Positions 29,969 through 40,609 are shown, counted from the stretch's first letter. The stretch: 64,000 bases of DNA from Candidatus Uhrbacteria bacterium RIFCSPLOWO2_01_FULL_47_17 (GCA_001791305.1 MGEI01000005.1:44488-108487); one strand, 5' to 3'. A program made the numbers and translations. The notes: generated from the letters alone by a model not told the origin.

Positions 29969-32833
29969 TTGTGCGAAGATACGCATACGTTCCTTACAAC
30001 CCACGGAGGTCCCGTGAACACTCGTTTTTTTGTGCTTCTTCTTTCTTTCCTCGCCATTGGATGCGAAGAAATCTCTCCCTTCATTTCGGATGCTCTTCGT
30101 GGCAAACGTCTTGATGTTGATGGTGATGGAATTCCCCGTCCAGACGATTGCGATGATCGCAATCTGAAGGTTGGAATCCGAATCTGGTATCAAGATGTGG
30201 ATCAAGATGGATTTGGCGCAGGCGCAAAAATCATCGTCTGCGACATGCCAATTGGTGCAACCACAACACATACGGATTGCGACGACACACGTGCGAATGT
30301 GTATCCGAGCGCATCAGAACTTTGTGATCACCTCGACAACGACTGCAATACACAAACAGACGAGACGTTCACGGATCTTGACGCAAGCTGTGGTGTTGGT
30401 GCTTGTACAGGCGGAAAGAAAATCTGTGCGTCTGATCAGGTGAGCACAACCTGCTCTTCAACCACGAACGCGAGTTCGGAAAGCTGCAACTTGATCGACG
30501 ACGACTGTAATGGGCAGACGGACGAAGGAACGCAAACTGCGTACTATCAAGATGCAGACAAAGACGGATTCGGAAATATCGCACTGAAACATCTGCGGTG
30601 TCTCCCCCTTCCGGGAGAAACCACAAACGCAACAGATTGCGATGACGCGCACGAATCGAGTTATCCAAACGCTCCCGAGTTCTGTGATGGACTCGACAAC
30701 GATTGCAATGGGCAGACAGATGAATCGACAGCGGTTGATGCAAAAACGTTGTTTGCCGATGTTGATCAAGATACATATGGCAACGTCTTGGTGACAAAAA
30801 AATCGTGTGTCACAGAAAGCGGTTGGTCGCTCACGAGCGATGATTGCAAGGATCTTGAGAAAGCGATTCATCCGAACGCGCTTGAGATTTGTAACATGAT
30901 CGATGACGACTGCGATGGACAAACGGACGAAGGGGTCATCAAGATCTATTTTGCAGATGCAGATAAAGATTCCTACGGAGATTTATCGAAAGACGTAACG
31001 GGTTGCACGATTCCGGAAGGGTTTGTGACAAACAGTGCGGACTGTAACGACAAGCAAAAATCGGTTCACCCAAACGCAATCGAACTTTGCGACAACAACA
31101 TCGACGAAAACTGCGACGGTGTCACAGACAACGCAAAAGAAGCATCTCTGTGGTATCTCGATTCCGACAAAGACAGCTACGGCAAAAGTACTGTCTCAAT
31201 GTACGCATGTGCAACTCCAACCGGATACGTTTCGGACAAAACGGATTGCAACGATGCAGACAAAACGATTTATCCGAACGCAATTGAGATCTGCAAAGAC
31301 TCGATTGACAACGACTGCAATGGAATCACGGACACAGACACGAAAATCGTGACGTGGTACCTGGATTCCGACAAAGACACCTTTGGTGATGCAACAAAAT
31401 CCAAAGAGGATTGCTTGCAGCCAGTTGGCTACGTCAAAAACTCTGCAGACTGTTCTGACGCGAATGCGTCCATTCATCCAGAAGCACTCGAAGTTTGCAA
31501 CAATGGAACGGACGATAATTGCGATGGAAGTGTGAATCAATGTTTCCTAAACGGAGTCATCAAGATCGGAAGTGTAAATGTGATTCAGATCACAGGACCA
31601 GAAAGTCAAAACTTTGCGGCGGCTGTTTCTACATGCGATCTAAACGATGATGGTTCTCCAGATATCGTAATCGGCTCGCCTGCATGGAATGCCAATCAAG
31701 GAAAAGTATCCCTCTACCTCGCTCCATTTAAAAGTGGCATGAATCCGACCCAAGAAATTCTTGGTCCAACGAACGGTCTATTTGGAACGAGTCTTGCGTG
31801 TACAGGGTCAAAAAATGGCCCAATGCTCGCGGTAGGTTCCCCTGGACTTGCAGCAAATGGAAACAGCGCCGGAGCCCTTTACGTCTTTATGACATCCGTC
31901 CTGAAAAGCACATCCGTAAACGATGCGAATGCGGTATGGATCGGTACGGCACAAAACATGGAGGTTGGTGTTTCGTGTCTTGCTATTCCCGACCAAGACA
32001 AAGATTCACTCGACGATTTCTTTGTCGGAGCGGATGGATACAATGGAGGCGCGGGAGCGTTTGCCGGAGCAGGATTTATGGTGAGTTCCGCGACACTCGG
32101 AACAGTTCTCATACAAAACGCCCTTGCAAGTTTTATCAACAAAACAAAAGACGAACTCGCAGGAACATCTTTGGCTGTCGGATTTGTAAACCAGGACACA
32201 AAACTCGATTTTCTCCTCGGAGCCATTTCGAGCGATGTCGCGGCAACGGATGCGGGAGCAGTCTATACACACCTCGGACCCATGTCCGGATCGAACTTCA
32301 CAACAGAAAACAAAGCGATCTATGGCATCTCACCGTTTGATACACTCGGGCAAAGTCTTGCGAGTTCATTCGATCTCACAGGTGATTTGCTCGATGACGT
32401 GCTCATTGGTTCTCCCGGAAACGGTAATGCGCAAAATCCAGGATCTGTGCAAATAGCACGATTTGCAAACGCAACATTTCTTGTAACAACTCTTGAATCC
32501 ACATTCGGAGGAGATCGCTTGGGATATTCTGTCTCGAGTGGAAACGTGAATGCAGATCCGGTCGGCGATATTCTGGTTTCATCCCCAGGCGCCGATGATG
32601 CGGGATTCAATTTCGGAAGTGTCTTCCTTCAGTACGGCCCCATTCTCAAAGATGGGGATATTCGCAAAACAGCACATGCGCGTATTGACGGCGAGGTGGC
32701 AAGTGGCCAACTTGGTTGGCTCACAAAAATCGCTCCCGATCTGAATGGCGACAATATTCCCGATCTCATTCTTGTGACAAAATCCACCAAACCCTTGCGG
32801 AAACTCTACATCCTGCCAGGTCTCGGTCTCTAA
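29969..32833 (+). CDS. Secreted/lipoprotein-like surface protein with about 9 MopE-type Cys-rich putative metal-binding repeats and a C-terminal FG-GAP beta-propeller
   Basis: Repeats match the pattern YxDxDxDGFG...CDD...P.A.E.CDG.DNDCNG.TDE. The C-terminal region has about 7 FG-GAP-like blades (for example DIVIGSPAWNANQGKVSLY). N-terminal signal peptide ending in LAIGC. Confidence 0.75.
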   Translation: MCEDTHTFLTTHGGPVNTRFFVLLLSFLAIGCEEISPFISDALRGKRLDVDGDGIPRPDDCDDRNLKVGIRIWYQDVDQDGFGAGAKIIVCDMPIGATTTHTDCDDTRANVYPSASELCDHLDNDCNTQTDETFTDLDASCGVGACTGGKKICASDQVSTTCSSTTNASSESCNLIDDDCNGQTDEGTQTAYYQDADKDGFGNIALKHLRCLPLPGETTNATDCDDAHESSYPNAPEFCDGLDNDCNGQTDESTAVDAKTLFADVDQDTYGNVLVTKKSCVTESGWSLTSDDCKDLEKAIHPNALEICNMIDDDCDGQTDEGVIKIYFADADKDSYGDLSKDVTGCTIPEGFVTNSADCNDKQKSVHPNAIELCDNNIDENCDGVTDNAKEASLWYLDSDKDSYGKSTVSMYACATPTGYVSDKTDCNDADKTIYPNAIEICKDSIDNDCNGITDTDTKIVTWYLDSDKDTFGDATKSKEDCLQPVGYVKNSADCSDANASIHPEALEVCNNGTDDNCDGSVNQCFLNGVIKIGSVNVIQITGPESQNFAAAVSTCDLNDDGSPDIVIGSPAWNANQGKVSLYLAPFKSGMNPTQEILGPTNGLFGTSLACTGSKNGPMLAVGSPGLAANGNSAGALYVFMTSVLKSTSVNDANAVWIGTAQNMEVGVSCLAIPDQDKDSLDDFFVGADGYNGGAGAFAGAGFMVSSATLGTVLIQNALASFINKTKDELAGTSLAVGFVNQDTKLDFLLGAISSDVAATDAGAVYTHLGPMSGSNFTTENKAIYGISPFDTLGQSLASSFDLTGDLLDDVLIGSPGNGNAQNPGSVQIARFANATFLVTTLESTFGGDRLGYSVSSGNVNADPVGDILVSSPGADDAGFNFGSVFLQYGPILKDGDIRKTAHARIDGEVASGQLGWLTKIAPDLNGDNIPDLILVTKSTKPLRKLYILPGLGL

Positions 32834-32989
32834 CTTCTGCCCCACAAAATGGGGCTTTTTTATTTTCTTCATCGAATGTTGCTATTGCTTGACGCATTTC
32901 AGATATCGGGTTAAAGTTCGTGATTCCCATGCTTGTCGGGAAAGGATCGTGGCAACCCTTTCCCATTTTTGAAACCTCGTACAAACAAC

Positions 32990-34132
32990 ATGGCCCTCGC
33001 ACAACACACGCAAATTTTAGAAGCCTTTAAACGGAGCACGCGCCCGCTTATTTGCGTTCCGTCTGGAGCGAACGCGGATCATTATGCGTCCGCAATTGGA
33101 CTTGCGCGTGTTCTCGAAAAACTCGAGAAGAAACCAACGATCGTAGCCGCAGATGGTGCCGCCCCAAAAAATATCCACTTCCTTTCTGGCCACGAAAAAA
33201 TTCAGCCCCGTATGGAAAACTTGCGTCAGTTCGTCATTGAACTTGATGCGACCAAAACAAAAGTGGACGAGCTCACTTATGAACTCAAGGACGAAAAACT
33301 GTTTGTCTATCTCTCTCCCAAAAAAGGATTCTGGGATGCCTCGGACGTAAAAACATCTTCTTCCGGATACAAACACGACCTTATTATTTGCATTGGCTCC
33401 CCAGATTACGAATCCTGTGCGCACCTCTATCAAGAAAACACCGACTTCTTTTTCCGCACCCCGATCATCAACGTTGATCACACGCCAGAAAACGAACATT
33501 ACGGCCAAATTAACATTGTCGATTTGACCGCGTCTGCTTGTGGGGAGGTGTGTCATGATCTGATTGAGGCCATTGAACCCGGTCTCATGGATGACGAAAT
33601 TGCAACGGCATTTTTAACAGGCATGATTGCGAAAACAAAAAGTTTCAAAACAAAAAATGTCACTCCGAAAACATTACAAACCGCAAGCAAGCTCATTGCG
33701 CGCGGCGCAAAACGCGAACACATTATTCAACATCTGTACCGTACACGTTCTGTTTCAACGCTTCGTCTCTGGGGACGCGCCCTTGCACGCCTCAAAACCG
33801 ATGAACATACCCACATGGTCTGGACGATGCTCTCCGCTCAAGACTTTATGCACGCAGGCGCAGAAGAACAGGATCTTCCTGATGTCATCGACGAGCTTCT
33901 CTCTTCTTCCCCAAACGCACGCGTCACCGTTCTCGTCTTTGAAACCGCACAACATGACATCAAAGCCATTGTTCGCACAGAACGTCCGTTAGATGCGATT
34001 ACGCTTTGCGCCCCGTTCCACGCATCGGGTACGCACGAAGAAGTACGACTCATCTTTCCAAACAAAACACTTGTCCAAACAGAACGTGAACTCATTGAAC
34101 ACGTAAAAAAGAGCATGGCCCTGTATGCATAA
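32990..34132 (+). CDS. DHH-family phosphoesterase (NrnA-like), motifs partly degenerate
   Basis: DHH-family layout (N-terminal D-H region, INVDHT in place of DHH, C-terminal DHHA1-like GGGH-poor region). Start at ATG 32990. Confidence 0.55.
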   Translation: MALAQHTQILEAFKRSTRPLICVPSGANADHYASAIGLARVLEKLEKKPTIVAADGAAPKNIHFLSGHEKIQPRMENLRQFVIELDATKTKVDELTYELKDEKLFVYLSPKKGFWDASDVKTSSSGYKHDLIICIGSPDYESCAHLYQENTDFFFRTPIINVDHTPENEHYGQINIVDLTASACGEVCHDLIEAIEPGLMDDEIATAFLTGMIAKTKSFKTKNVTPKTLQTASKLIARGAKREHIIQHLYRTRSVSTLRLWGRALARLKTDEHTHMVWTMLSAQDFMHAGAEEQDLPDVIDELLSSSPNARVTVLVFETAQHDIKAIVRTERPLDAITLCAPFHASGTHEEVRLIFPNKTLVQTERELIEHVKKSMALYA

Positions 34133-34160
34133 AATCACCCCACTCCGGGGTGATTTTATT
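34133..34160. terminator. Bidirectional terminator hairpin between the DHH gene and the TPR membrane gene
   Basis: aaatcacccc-actcc-ggggtgattt flanked by A/T runs. Confidence 0.6.
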
Positions 34161-36584
34161 TTACTTTTTGGATTGTGCTTTTAAAACCGTTGTTTGGGAC
34201 GCATCTGCTCCAACCGCATTTGGCTGCGGCTGAATAGGTTCCGGAATCGTTGTTGTCACTTCTCCTGCTTGTAATTTTCGCAGTCGTTCTTGTGCGACCT
34301 TATTTTCCGGATTGAGTTCTACAACCTTCTGGACAAGTTCGATGGATTTCTGCGGATTTTTTTGAATTTCGTAAATGCTTGCAAGATACCAAAGCCCATT
34401 CGAATAGTCTGGATTAATTTTAATAAGTCGCTCTAATTCTTGTTTGGCGGCATCATATTTTTTTGCGCGAAGATACATTTGTGCAAGTTCAAATCCAAGT
34501 CCAATGTCTGAAGGAGTATTTTTGGTGAGCGCAACAAGACGCGCTGTCGCTTGTGCGATTTTTCCTTCTCGCTCATAGGTTGCCGCCAGATAATAATGCG
34601 CAGGCAAATAATCTCCCTTCAGCTTAATAGCTTGATTCAACGCCTGTTCTGCGGATGCAAGTAATTTTTGCTCCTGTTCTGCCGCTGCTTTTGCTTGTTC
34701 CGGATCTTTTGATGCTTTCAATGTATGCGCACGATCCGCAACTGCAAGATACACACGTGCAAGATCTACAGAGTGCGCAGGATTAATAGGCTCTAAACGC
34801 ATCGTATTTGCAAATGCGTTTGCCGCCAGATCTTCACCGTTTTGGACAAAGGACATTGTTTCCCGATACATCGCACCAAGGAGTTGCCAATTTCCAACCT
34901 TGTTTGGCTCGAGGCTTGCGGCGCGTACTCCTTCTTGCATGGATGCAGAAACAATTTGAGAAATTTCTTTTGTTTGTTCGGCGGTGAGTTTTTCTGTACC
35001 GACGGCTCGCATTTTTTGTGAAGCGTGTGACAACAAAGCAAAACTTAAATTACGCGCATACACATCGCTTAATCGATTAAACTTCGTGGCTGTCGCCAAA
35101 TGTTGAATCACGTTTTGCGTCTGTCCTTGTTTTGCATCAAGCGCCACAGCGTTTGTGAACGCTTTTTCTGCAAGAAATTTTTCTCCCATCAAAAAAATCG
35201 CTGCAAACATTCCAATAAAGACAAAAACAAATAAAAACGATGCGAGCAAACCTAATTTTGGAGAACGGGCAAAATTCACATGCCAAACTCCAGACAACAA
35301 ATGCGCGACCAACATTCCACTCATGGCCCACAACAGAAACTCGAGGGTCAGGTTTGAAGAAGAAAGAAATTGCGCAACCAAAAGGAGACTCCAACCCACA
35401 AACAAAACATAGGTCATTTTCCAAGTTTGATGATCACGCGCGCTCACTAAACGCTTGATAGCAAGACACCCAATCCACCCCATACACACAAGCCAAGCAA
35501 GCATTCCAAGAAGCCCAATATCCGAAAAACGCGTCAAAAATGCAGATGTTCCACGATCAAACACATGTGACCAAAGAGATGATGAGTTGATGCTCATTGG
35601 TTTAAACAATTGGTACTGATACGAAAATGTTCCGGGGCCTGCACCAAAAAAGAGCGATGGGACATTTTCGACAAGGGTTGATTTTGCGACCTGAGAACTT
35701 GTTCCAAAACTTGGCGCAACCAAAACAGGAAGATGAAACGAAACCGGAGACGGAAGAAAGAGGAAAAACAAGGAAACAAAGAGGAGTAAAAGAGGAAGAA
35801 CGAATTTCCGCGGACTTGGAAACTCTTTTGTTTGTAAAAATCCAAACGACGTCAATAAAAGCACACCTACAATGGTCAGAACCCAGAAAGCCCAATAATC
35901 AAGCGCGACAAGGGACACAAGTGTGCTTACAAACACCACAAAAATGAGGGCGCGCGTGAGCATTCCAGCGACCCCAGATGAAATCACACGATCCGAACCT
36001 TCATGAGAAACAAGCCAGAGAGCGAGTCCGATAAAGAGCGTCACAAGAAGAAATACAGTGAGACCACCCATGGTTCCAACCGTGTTAAACGAAGCAGATT
36101 TTGCAAACGCAAACGGGAGAGAAAAAACGCGAAAAAACTGTAAAACGGAAAAAATTCCGGCAATGGATGCAGAAAGCAAAAGGGCGACCAACGAACGTCT
36201 TTGGGCAACAACATCCTTGTGAACGTTCACGAAAAGATAAAAAATACAGACAAAAATGGCTGTTGAAAGAAAGCTTGCGTATTCTTGTGAAGACTGACCG
36301 ACCCACGACTGATAATTTGCTTTTGAGAAAAAGGATGAGATGAGAACAAAGAACAAAAAAATAAGTGGAAGACTGTTCACAAGTCCGGATCGGAACTCAC
36401 ACCGTTTTTGACTCACCATGGATCCAAACCATGCCACAAGCCCAACAACCGTCAAAACAACAAGAACGATTTGTTTATTCGGCTCCAAGACATCTTGCGA
36501 CCAAGGAAGAAAAACAATTGGAAGAAGAAACAAGAGCACATACGTGACCGAGCGCGTGATCTGTTCAAAAAATTTGGTCGACAT
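34161..36584 (-). CDS. Large polytopic membrane protein with O-antigen-ligase-like N-terminal domain and C-terminal TPR repeats
   Basis: 807 aa: about 12 TM helices followed by TPR repeats (AYYNL..., LWYLASIYEIQKNPQKSIELVQKVVELNP). Confidence 0.65.
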   Translation of the reverse strand: MSTKFFEQITRSVTYVLLFLLPIVFLPWSQDVLEPNKQIVLVVLTVVGLVAWFGSMVSQKRCEFRSGLVNSLPLIFLFFVLISSFFSKANYQSWVGQSSQEYASFLSTAIFVCIFYLFVNVHKDVVAQRRSLVALLLSASIAGIFSVLQFFRVFSLPFAFAKSASFNTVGTMGGLTVFLLVTLFIGLALWLVSHEGSDRVISSGVAGMLTRALIFVVFVSTLVSLVALDYWAFWVLTIVGVLLLTSFGFLQTKEFPSPRKFVLPLLLLFVSLFFLFLPSPVSFHLPVLVAPSFGTSSQVAKSTLVENVPSLFFGAGPGTFSYQYQLFKPMSINSSSLWSHVFDRGTSAFLTRFSDIGLLGMLAWLVCMGWIGCLAIKRLVSARDHQTWKMTYVLFVGWSLLLVAQFLSSSNLTLEFLLWAMSGMLVAHLLSGVWHVNFARSPKLGLLASFLFVFVFIGMFAAIFLMGEKFLAEKAFTNAVALDAKQGQTQNVIQHLATATKFNRLSDVYARNLSFALLSHASQKMRAVGTEKLTAEQTKEISQIVSASMQEGVRAASLEPNKVGNWQLLGAMYRETMSFVQNGEDLAANAFANTMRLEPINPAHSVDLARVYLAVADRAHTLKASKDPEQAKAAAEQEQKLLASAEQALNQAIKLKGDYLPAHYYLAATYEREGKIAQATARLVALTKNTPSDIGLGFELAQMYLRAKKYDAAKQELERLIKINPDYSNGLWYLASIYEIQKNPQKSIELVQKVVELNPENKVAQERLRKLQAGEVTTTIPEPIQPQPNAVGADASQTTVLKAQSKK

Positions 36585-36670
36585 AAAGACAAAGTGAAAA
36601 TAAAAGATCTGAAGATTGCATCAAGTATAGCATTTTCTCCAACACGAAACAAAATGATTTGCTATAATGA

Positions 36671-38023
36671 TTGCGTATGCGAACTATGGAGGATCTCATC
36701 TCTTGGATTCAAGCAATTCCCTCGCTTGTTTTCCTCAAAGAACTCACGCGTGATCTTCGTGACGCGGAGCTCTTTTTTGTTGGAGGTGGTGTGCGTGATT
36801 GGATGTGTGATCGATCCATGGATCAGGTTGATTTTGATTTTGTGGTAAGAGGCGTTCCGCTCGAAACACTCATTGCTTGGCTCGAAAAACGCGGAAATAT
36901 TGATGTTGTCGGCAAAACATTCGGGGTGATTAAGTTTCGATCAAGAGAATTTCCAAAGACATGTGTCGATATCGCTCTTCCTCGCACAGAACAATCCATT
37001 CCAGACTCTCTTGGAGGATATCGCGATGTCTCCGTACAGTTCGACGAAACCCTTCCCATGAAAGACGACTTATCGCGTCGTGATTTTACGGTGAATGCCA
37101 TGGCTCTTAATCTCGACATGGGCGAACTCGTTGATCCGTTTGACGGACAACGCGATCTCGAGACCAAAACACTCCGCGCGGTCGGCGATGCACAAACTCG
37201 TTTTCAAGAAGACCTCACCCGCATCTTGCGCGGACTACGTTTTGCGTGCGAATTAAATTTTGCGATCGAACCACAAACGTTCGACGCGATAAAATCCCTC
37301 GTTCCGGAACTGAATCATCTTCGAAAAACAACGGACGCGAGCACGTATATTGTGTCTCGAGAAACCATTGGAGATGAGCTCTCAAAGGCATTCGCTGCGA
37401 ATCCATCGCAAGCCATTTGTCTTCTTCAAGAACTCGGTGCGCTCGAAGAACTCTTTCCGAGCGTGTGGCGACATCTTCAAGTTGATGCGCATTATCTCGA
37501 GCCTGTTAGCCGATCGAAACCGGAGCATCTTGAACATACAATCATCTTGCTTCTTCGAGGACTCACGGCCGAGGAAGCTCGCACAACTCTTTCTTTCACA
37601 GGACTCGACACCATTGACAAACAATCGCCTCGCAGACTGGATGTTGAACACATTCTTTGGATGATCCAGCGATTACAGCAACACCTCACCCCGCAAAATA
37701 TTTCTGTCATGCGCGCCTCGCACTTTGAAAAACAATTTTTGGGTGCGCGCGGAACACAACACATGACACTTCTCGATCATCTCGGCCACAGCACGGTTGT
37801 CGATGCCGCAAAAAAACGCCGCACGGAAATTTGTGCCAACTGGCAATGCGAAGAACACGAACCCATTCCCCCACTCATAACCGGCGACGACGTGCTACGC
37901 CAAGGCATTCCTGCAGGCGCACGCGTACGCGAGATCCTCGAGATGGCACGCGACCAGCAGCTCGATGGACACATTCTGACACGCGAAGCGGCGATCCGAT
38001 TTGTGAAGCAACAGATGGAGTAA
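36671..38023 (+). CDS. tRNA nucleotidyltransferase (CCA-adding)/poly(A) polymerase-family protein with HD-like C-terminal region
   Basis: Head-domain motifs GGGVRD and RRDFTVNAMA. Confidence 0.8.
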   Translation: MRMRTMEDLISWIQAIPSLVFLKELTRDLRDAELFFVGGGVRDWMCDRSMDQVDFDFVVRGVPLETLIAWLEKRGNIDVVGKTFGVIKFRSREFPKTCVDIALPRTEQSIPDSLGGYRDVSVQFDETLPMKDDLSRRDFTVNAMALNLDMGELVDPFDGQRDLETKTLRAVGDAQTRFQEDLTRILRGLRFACELNFAIEPQTFDAIKSLVPELNHLRKTTDASTYIVSRETIGDELSKAFAANPSQAICLLQELGALEELFPSVWRHLQVDAHYLEPVSRSKPEHLEHTIILLLRGLTAEEARTTLSFTGLDTIDKQSPRRLDVEHILWMIQRLQQHLTPQNISVMRASHFEKQFLGARGTQHMTLLDHLGHSTVVDAAKKRRTEICANWQCEEHEPIPPLITGDDVLRQGIPAGARVREILEMARDQQLDGHILTREAAIRFVKQQME

Positions 38024-38025
38024 AC

Positions 38026-38057
38026 AAAAAAGATGATTCGTGAGAATCATCTTTTTT
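38026..38057. terminator. Bidirectional terminator between the cca-like gene and tRNA-Val(GAC)
   Basis: aaaaagatgattc-gtga-gaatcatctttttt. Confidence 0.7.
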
Positions 38058-38058
38058 G

Positions 38059-38135
38059 TGGTGGGCGGCAGAGGATTTGAACCTCTGACCCCTTGCATGT
38101 CATGCAAGTGCTCTAACCAGCTGAGCTAGCCGCCC
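38059..38135 (-). tRNA. tRNA-Val (anticodon GAC), CCA encoded
   Basis: Reverse complement folds as acceptor GGGCGGC, D-arm GCTCAGCTGGTTAGAGC, anticodon loop ATGACAT, T-loop TTCAAAT. Confidence 0.85.
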
Positions 38136-38213
38136 GTTAAATTCGTGTCGAAATCATAAGGGAAACGAGCCTGATCGTCAAGCCATATCATTCGTGAACG
38201 ATGTGATGAGACA

Positions 38214-38756
38214 TTAAAAAAACTTGCTTTTGTTTCCCGGAACTCCAGACGCGTCTGAAACGCTCACTTGTTCCTCGAGCACGCTTGCCTCATGTGCTTC
38301 TCGTTCATCTTGATCCAAAATAATCCACGGCTTTGCTTTTGATTTTGAAATGGCCATGATGATAAATCCGATGAGGGTGAGGGCAAGCGCCCCGACGAAA
38401 AATGCTCCCATAATTCCACCGAACCCACACCCAATCACAGCTACTTTTTGCTGAACATTACTTGTTGCCTCAACAACACACGATCGAATTGCGGACTCCG
38501 CAGATTGGACACCAAAATAAGCTGCGCCAAACGCACATGCCGCCGCAAAAATCGTGAAAAGACAGCTGAAACGCACTTTACGCACTCGACCGAGGCGCAA
38601 GATGGCCATAACCGCAAAAAACACCCCACCCAAAATCCAATAGACAAAAAACCAAAGAATCGAGAGAAACGTGATAAACGATTGGAGTCCAACATCCATA
38701 GATAATCCATTGTAACTGCTCGACGAGAAGCTCGCAATGTTATATTGTAATCTCAC
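38214..38756 (-). CDS. Hypothetical polytopic membrane protein
   Basis: About 4 TM helices. The start is ambiguous, with an internal ATG at 38699. Confidence 0.5.
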   Translation of the reverse strand: MRLQYNIASFSSSSYNGLSMDVGLQSFITFLSILWFFVYWILGGVFFAVMAILRLGRVRKVRFSCLFTIFAAACAFGAAYFGVQSAESAIRSCVVEATSNVQQKVAVIGCGFGGIMGAFFVGALALTLIGFIIMAISKSKAKPWIILDQDEREAHEASVLEEQVSVSDASGVPGNKSKFF

Positions 38757-38761
38757 TTTCC

Positions 38762-38838
38762 GGGGATGTAGCTCAGCTGGTTAGAGCTCAAAGCTTATAC
38801 CTTTGCGGTCGATGGTTCGAGTCCATCCATCCCCACCA
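38762..38838 (+). tRNA. tRNA-Ile (anticodon TAT/UAU), CCA encoded
   Basis: Acceptor GGGGATG/CATCCCC, D-arm AGCTCAGCTGGTTAGAGCT, anticodon stem CAAAG/CTTTG with loop CTTATAC, T-loop TTCGAGT. The TAT anticodon would read AUA. Confidence 0.75.
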
Positions 38839-38847
38839 CAAAAACCT

Positions 38848-39018
38848 ATGATCCTTATTACAATCGGCCTGATTCTTTTTGTCCTTAGTTTTTGGATGCG
38901 AAGTAGATATAAACAGAAAGAGCATGAGGCCGGAATAGATGGCATGAACGCCATCTTGATCGCCGCAGCCATTTTAATTCTTTTTTACGGAATCATTAGC
39001 CAGATGATGATTCAATAG
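38848..39018 (+). CDS. Possible small 2-TM membrane protein
   Basis: 56-aa ORF (MILITIGLILFVLSFW...). The track's longer ORF overlaps tRNA-Ile and is not credible upstream of this ATG. Confidence 0.3.
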   Translation: MILITIGLILFVLSFWMRSRYKQKEHEAGIDGMNAILIAAAILILFYGIISQMMIQ

Positions 39019-39022
39019 ACGT

Positions 39023-39946
39023 ATGCCCACATTCATCATCGACGAAACACAAAGCAAAAGACGTATCGACCAAGTTTTGGTTGACGTTTTGAAAATCTCG
39101 CGTGAAAAAGTTCAGACACTTATCAAATCCGGTGAAGTCACCATCAACGAGAAGCCACCAAAACCACACACACCCGTTCAGTTGAATGACGTTGTTGTGT
39201 ATCCAAAAATTTCCACAAAACCACCTAAACAAGAAGTGACAAACGTCGAGATTCCCATTCTCTATGAAGATAATGATCTGATCGTCATCAATAAGCCCGC
39301 TGGCTTGATCGTTCACCGTACGAATGAAATTGACACACGCCCAAGTGTGGCCGATCTTCTCGTAAAAAAATATCGTGGCATCAAAAAAGTTGGAGACAAC
39401 CCTCTTCGTCCAGGAATCGTTCACCGTCTCGACCGTGAAGTATCCGGTGTGATGGTTGTTGCAAAGACACAAGCCATGTACGAGAATCTCAAAAAACAAT
39501 TTCAAGATCGCGAGGTAGAAAAAAAATATACAGCGCTTGTTTACGGAAAACTTCCAAAAGAACATGATGAAATCACGTTCGCGATTGCGCGATCAAAATC
39601 CCAAGGCCGCATGGTTGCACGAACAGGAGAACAAGATGGAAAAGAAGCGCTCACCCAATGGAATGTTGTCGACCGATTTAAAAACGTTACGCTCGTGGAC
39701 GTCAAAATTCTTACCGGTCGCACGCACCAAATTCGCGTACACTTCCTTGCCGTTGACCATCCCGTTGTCGGTGACCGCTTGTACCGTAAAAAATCCATGC
39801 GACATGTAAAGGAAAAAAATCTTGGGCGACTGTTCCTCCACGCAAACTCGTTGACCATCCATCTTGCCGACGGAAAGAAGAAAACGTTCAAAACATCTCT
39901 TCCAAAAGAATTAAAAATGATTCTTGATGCATTGCCACGAAAATAA
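39023..39946 (+). CDS. rluD: RluA-family 23S rRNA pseudouridine synthase (RluD-like) with N-terminal S4 domain
   Basis: Catalytic motif HRLDREVSGVMVVAKT preceded by an S4-like N-terminus. Confidence 0.85.
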   Translation: MPTFIIDETQSKRRIDQVLVDVLKISREKVQTLIKSGEVTINEKPPKPHTPVQLNDVVVYPKISTKPPKQEVTNVEIPILYEDNDLIVINKPAGLIVHRTNEIDTRPSVADLLVKKYRGIKKVGDNPLRPGIVHRLDREVSGVMVVAKTQAMYENLKKQFQDREVEKKYTALVYGKLPKEHDEITFAIARSKSQGRMVARTGEQDGKEALTQWNVVDRFKNVTLVDVKILTGRTHQIRVHFLAVDHPVVGDRLYRKKSMRHVKEKNLGRLFLHANSLTIHLADGKKKTFKTSLPKELKMILDALPRK

Positions 39947-39950
39947 TCCT

Positions 39951-40499
39951 ATGATCATCACCATCACAGGACTTCCGGGTTCTGGAAAAACAACCGTCAT
40001 CAAACAACTTTCCGAAACGCTCGGCGTTCCGTGGTATTCGGTTGGAAATCTGCGCGGCAAAATGGCGGAAGAGCGCGGGATGACGATTGATGAATTGAAT
40101 GCGCTTGGCGAGACGGAAGCGTTTACCGATAAAGACGTAGACGAATATCAAAAGAAGCTTGGCGAGTCTGGTGAATCATTCGTGATTGACGGAAGACTTT
40201 CTTGGTACTTTATTCCGAAGTCGTTCAAGATCTTTCTCGATGTTGATCCGAATGTTGGAGCACGTCGCATTTATGATGCTTCAAAGAAGGGCGAGCGCGA
40301 TGATGAGAAAGCGTACGGCTCCGTCGAAGAAGTGAAGCAATTTATTGCCGATCGTGTCGCGTCCGACGTCCGCAGATACCAAAAATACTACGGAGTCGAT
40401 TTTCTCGACAGGTCGAACTATGACCTGGTCCTTGATACCACCAACCTGACGATCGACGAGAAAGCTCGAATAATTCTCGAGAAAATGCCCAAATCTTGA
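39951..40499 (+). CDS. Cytidylate kinase-like P-loop NMP kinase
   Basis: Walker A motif ITGLPGSGKTT; size and layout resemble archaeal-type CMP kinase. Confidence 0.65.
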   Translation: MIITITGLPGSGKTTVIKQLSETLGVPWYSVGNLRGKMAEERGMTIDELNALGETEAFTDKDVDEYQKKLGESGESFVIDGRLSWYFIPKSFKIFLDVDPNVGARRIYDASKKGERDDEKAYGSVEEVKQFIADRVASDVRRYQKYYGVDFLDRSNYDLVLDTTNLTIDEKARIILEKMPKS

Positions 40500-40609
40500 C
40501 GCGAAACCTTGAATCCGCTATTATTTCGCCACATTCAATCGATGCGACTCATGAACACTGATCGGCCTTTTAGCCGATGTGGTCCTCTCAGCGCGCGATA
40601 CACAATCCT

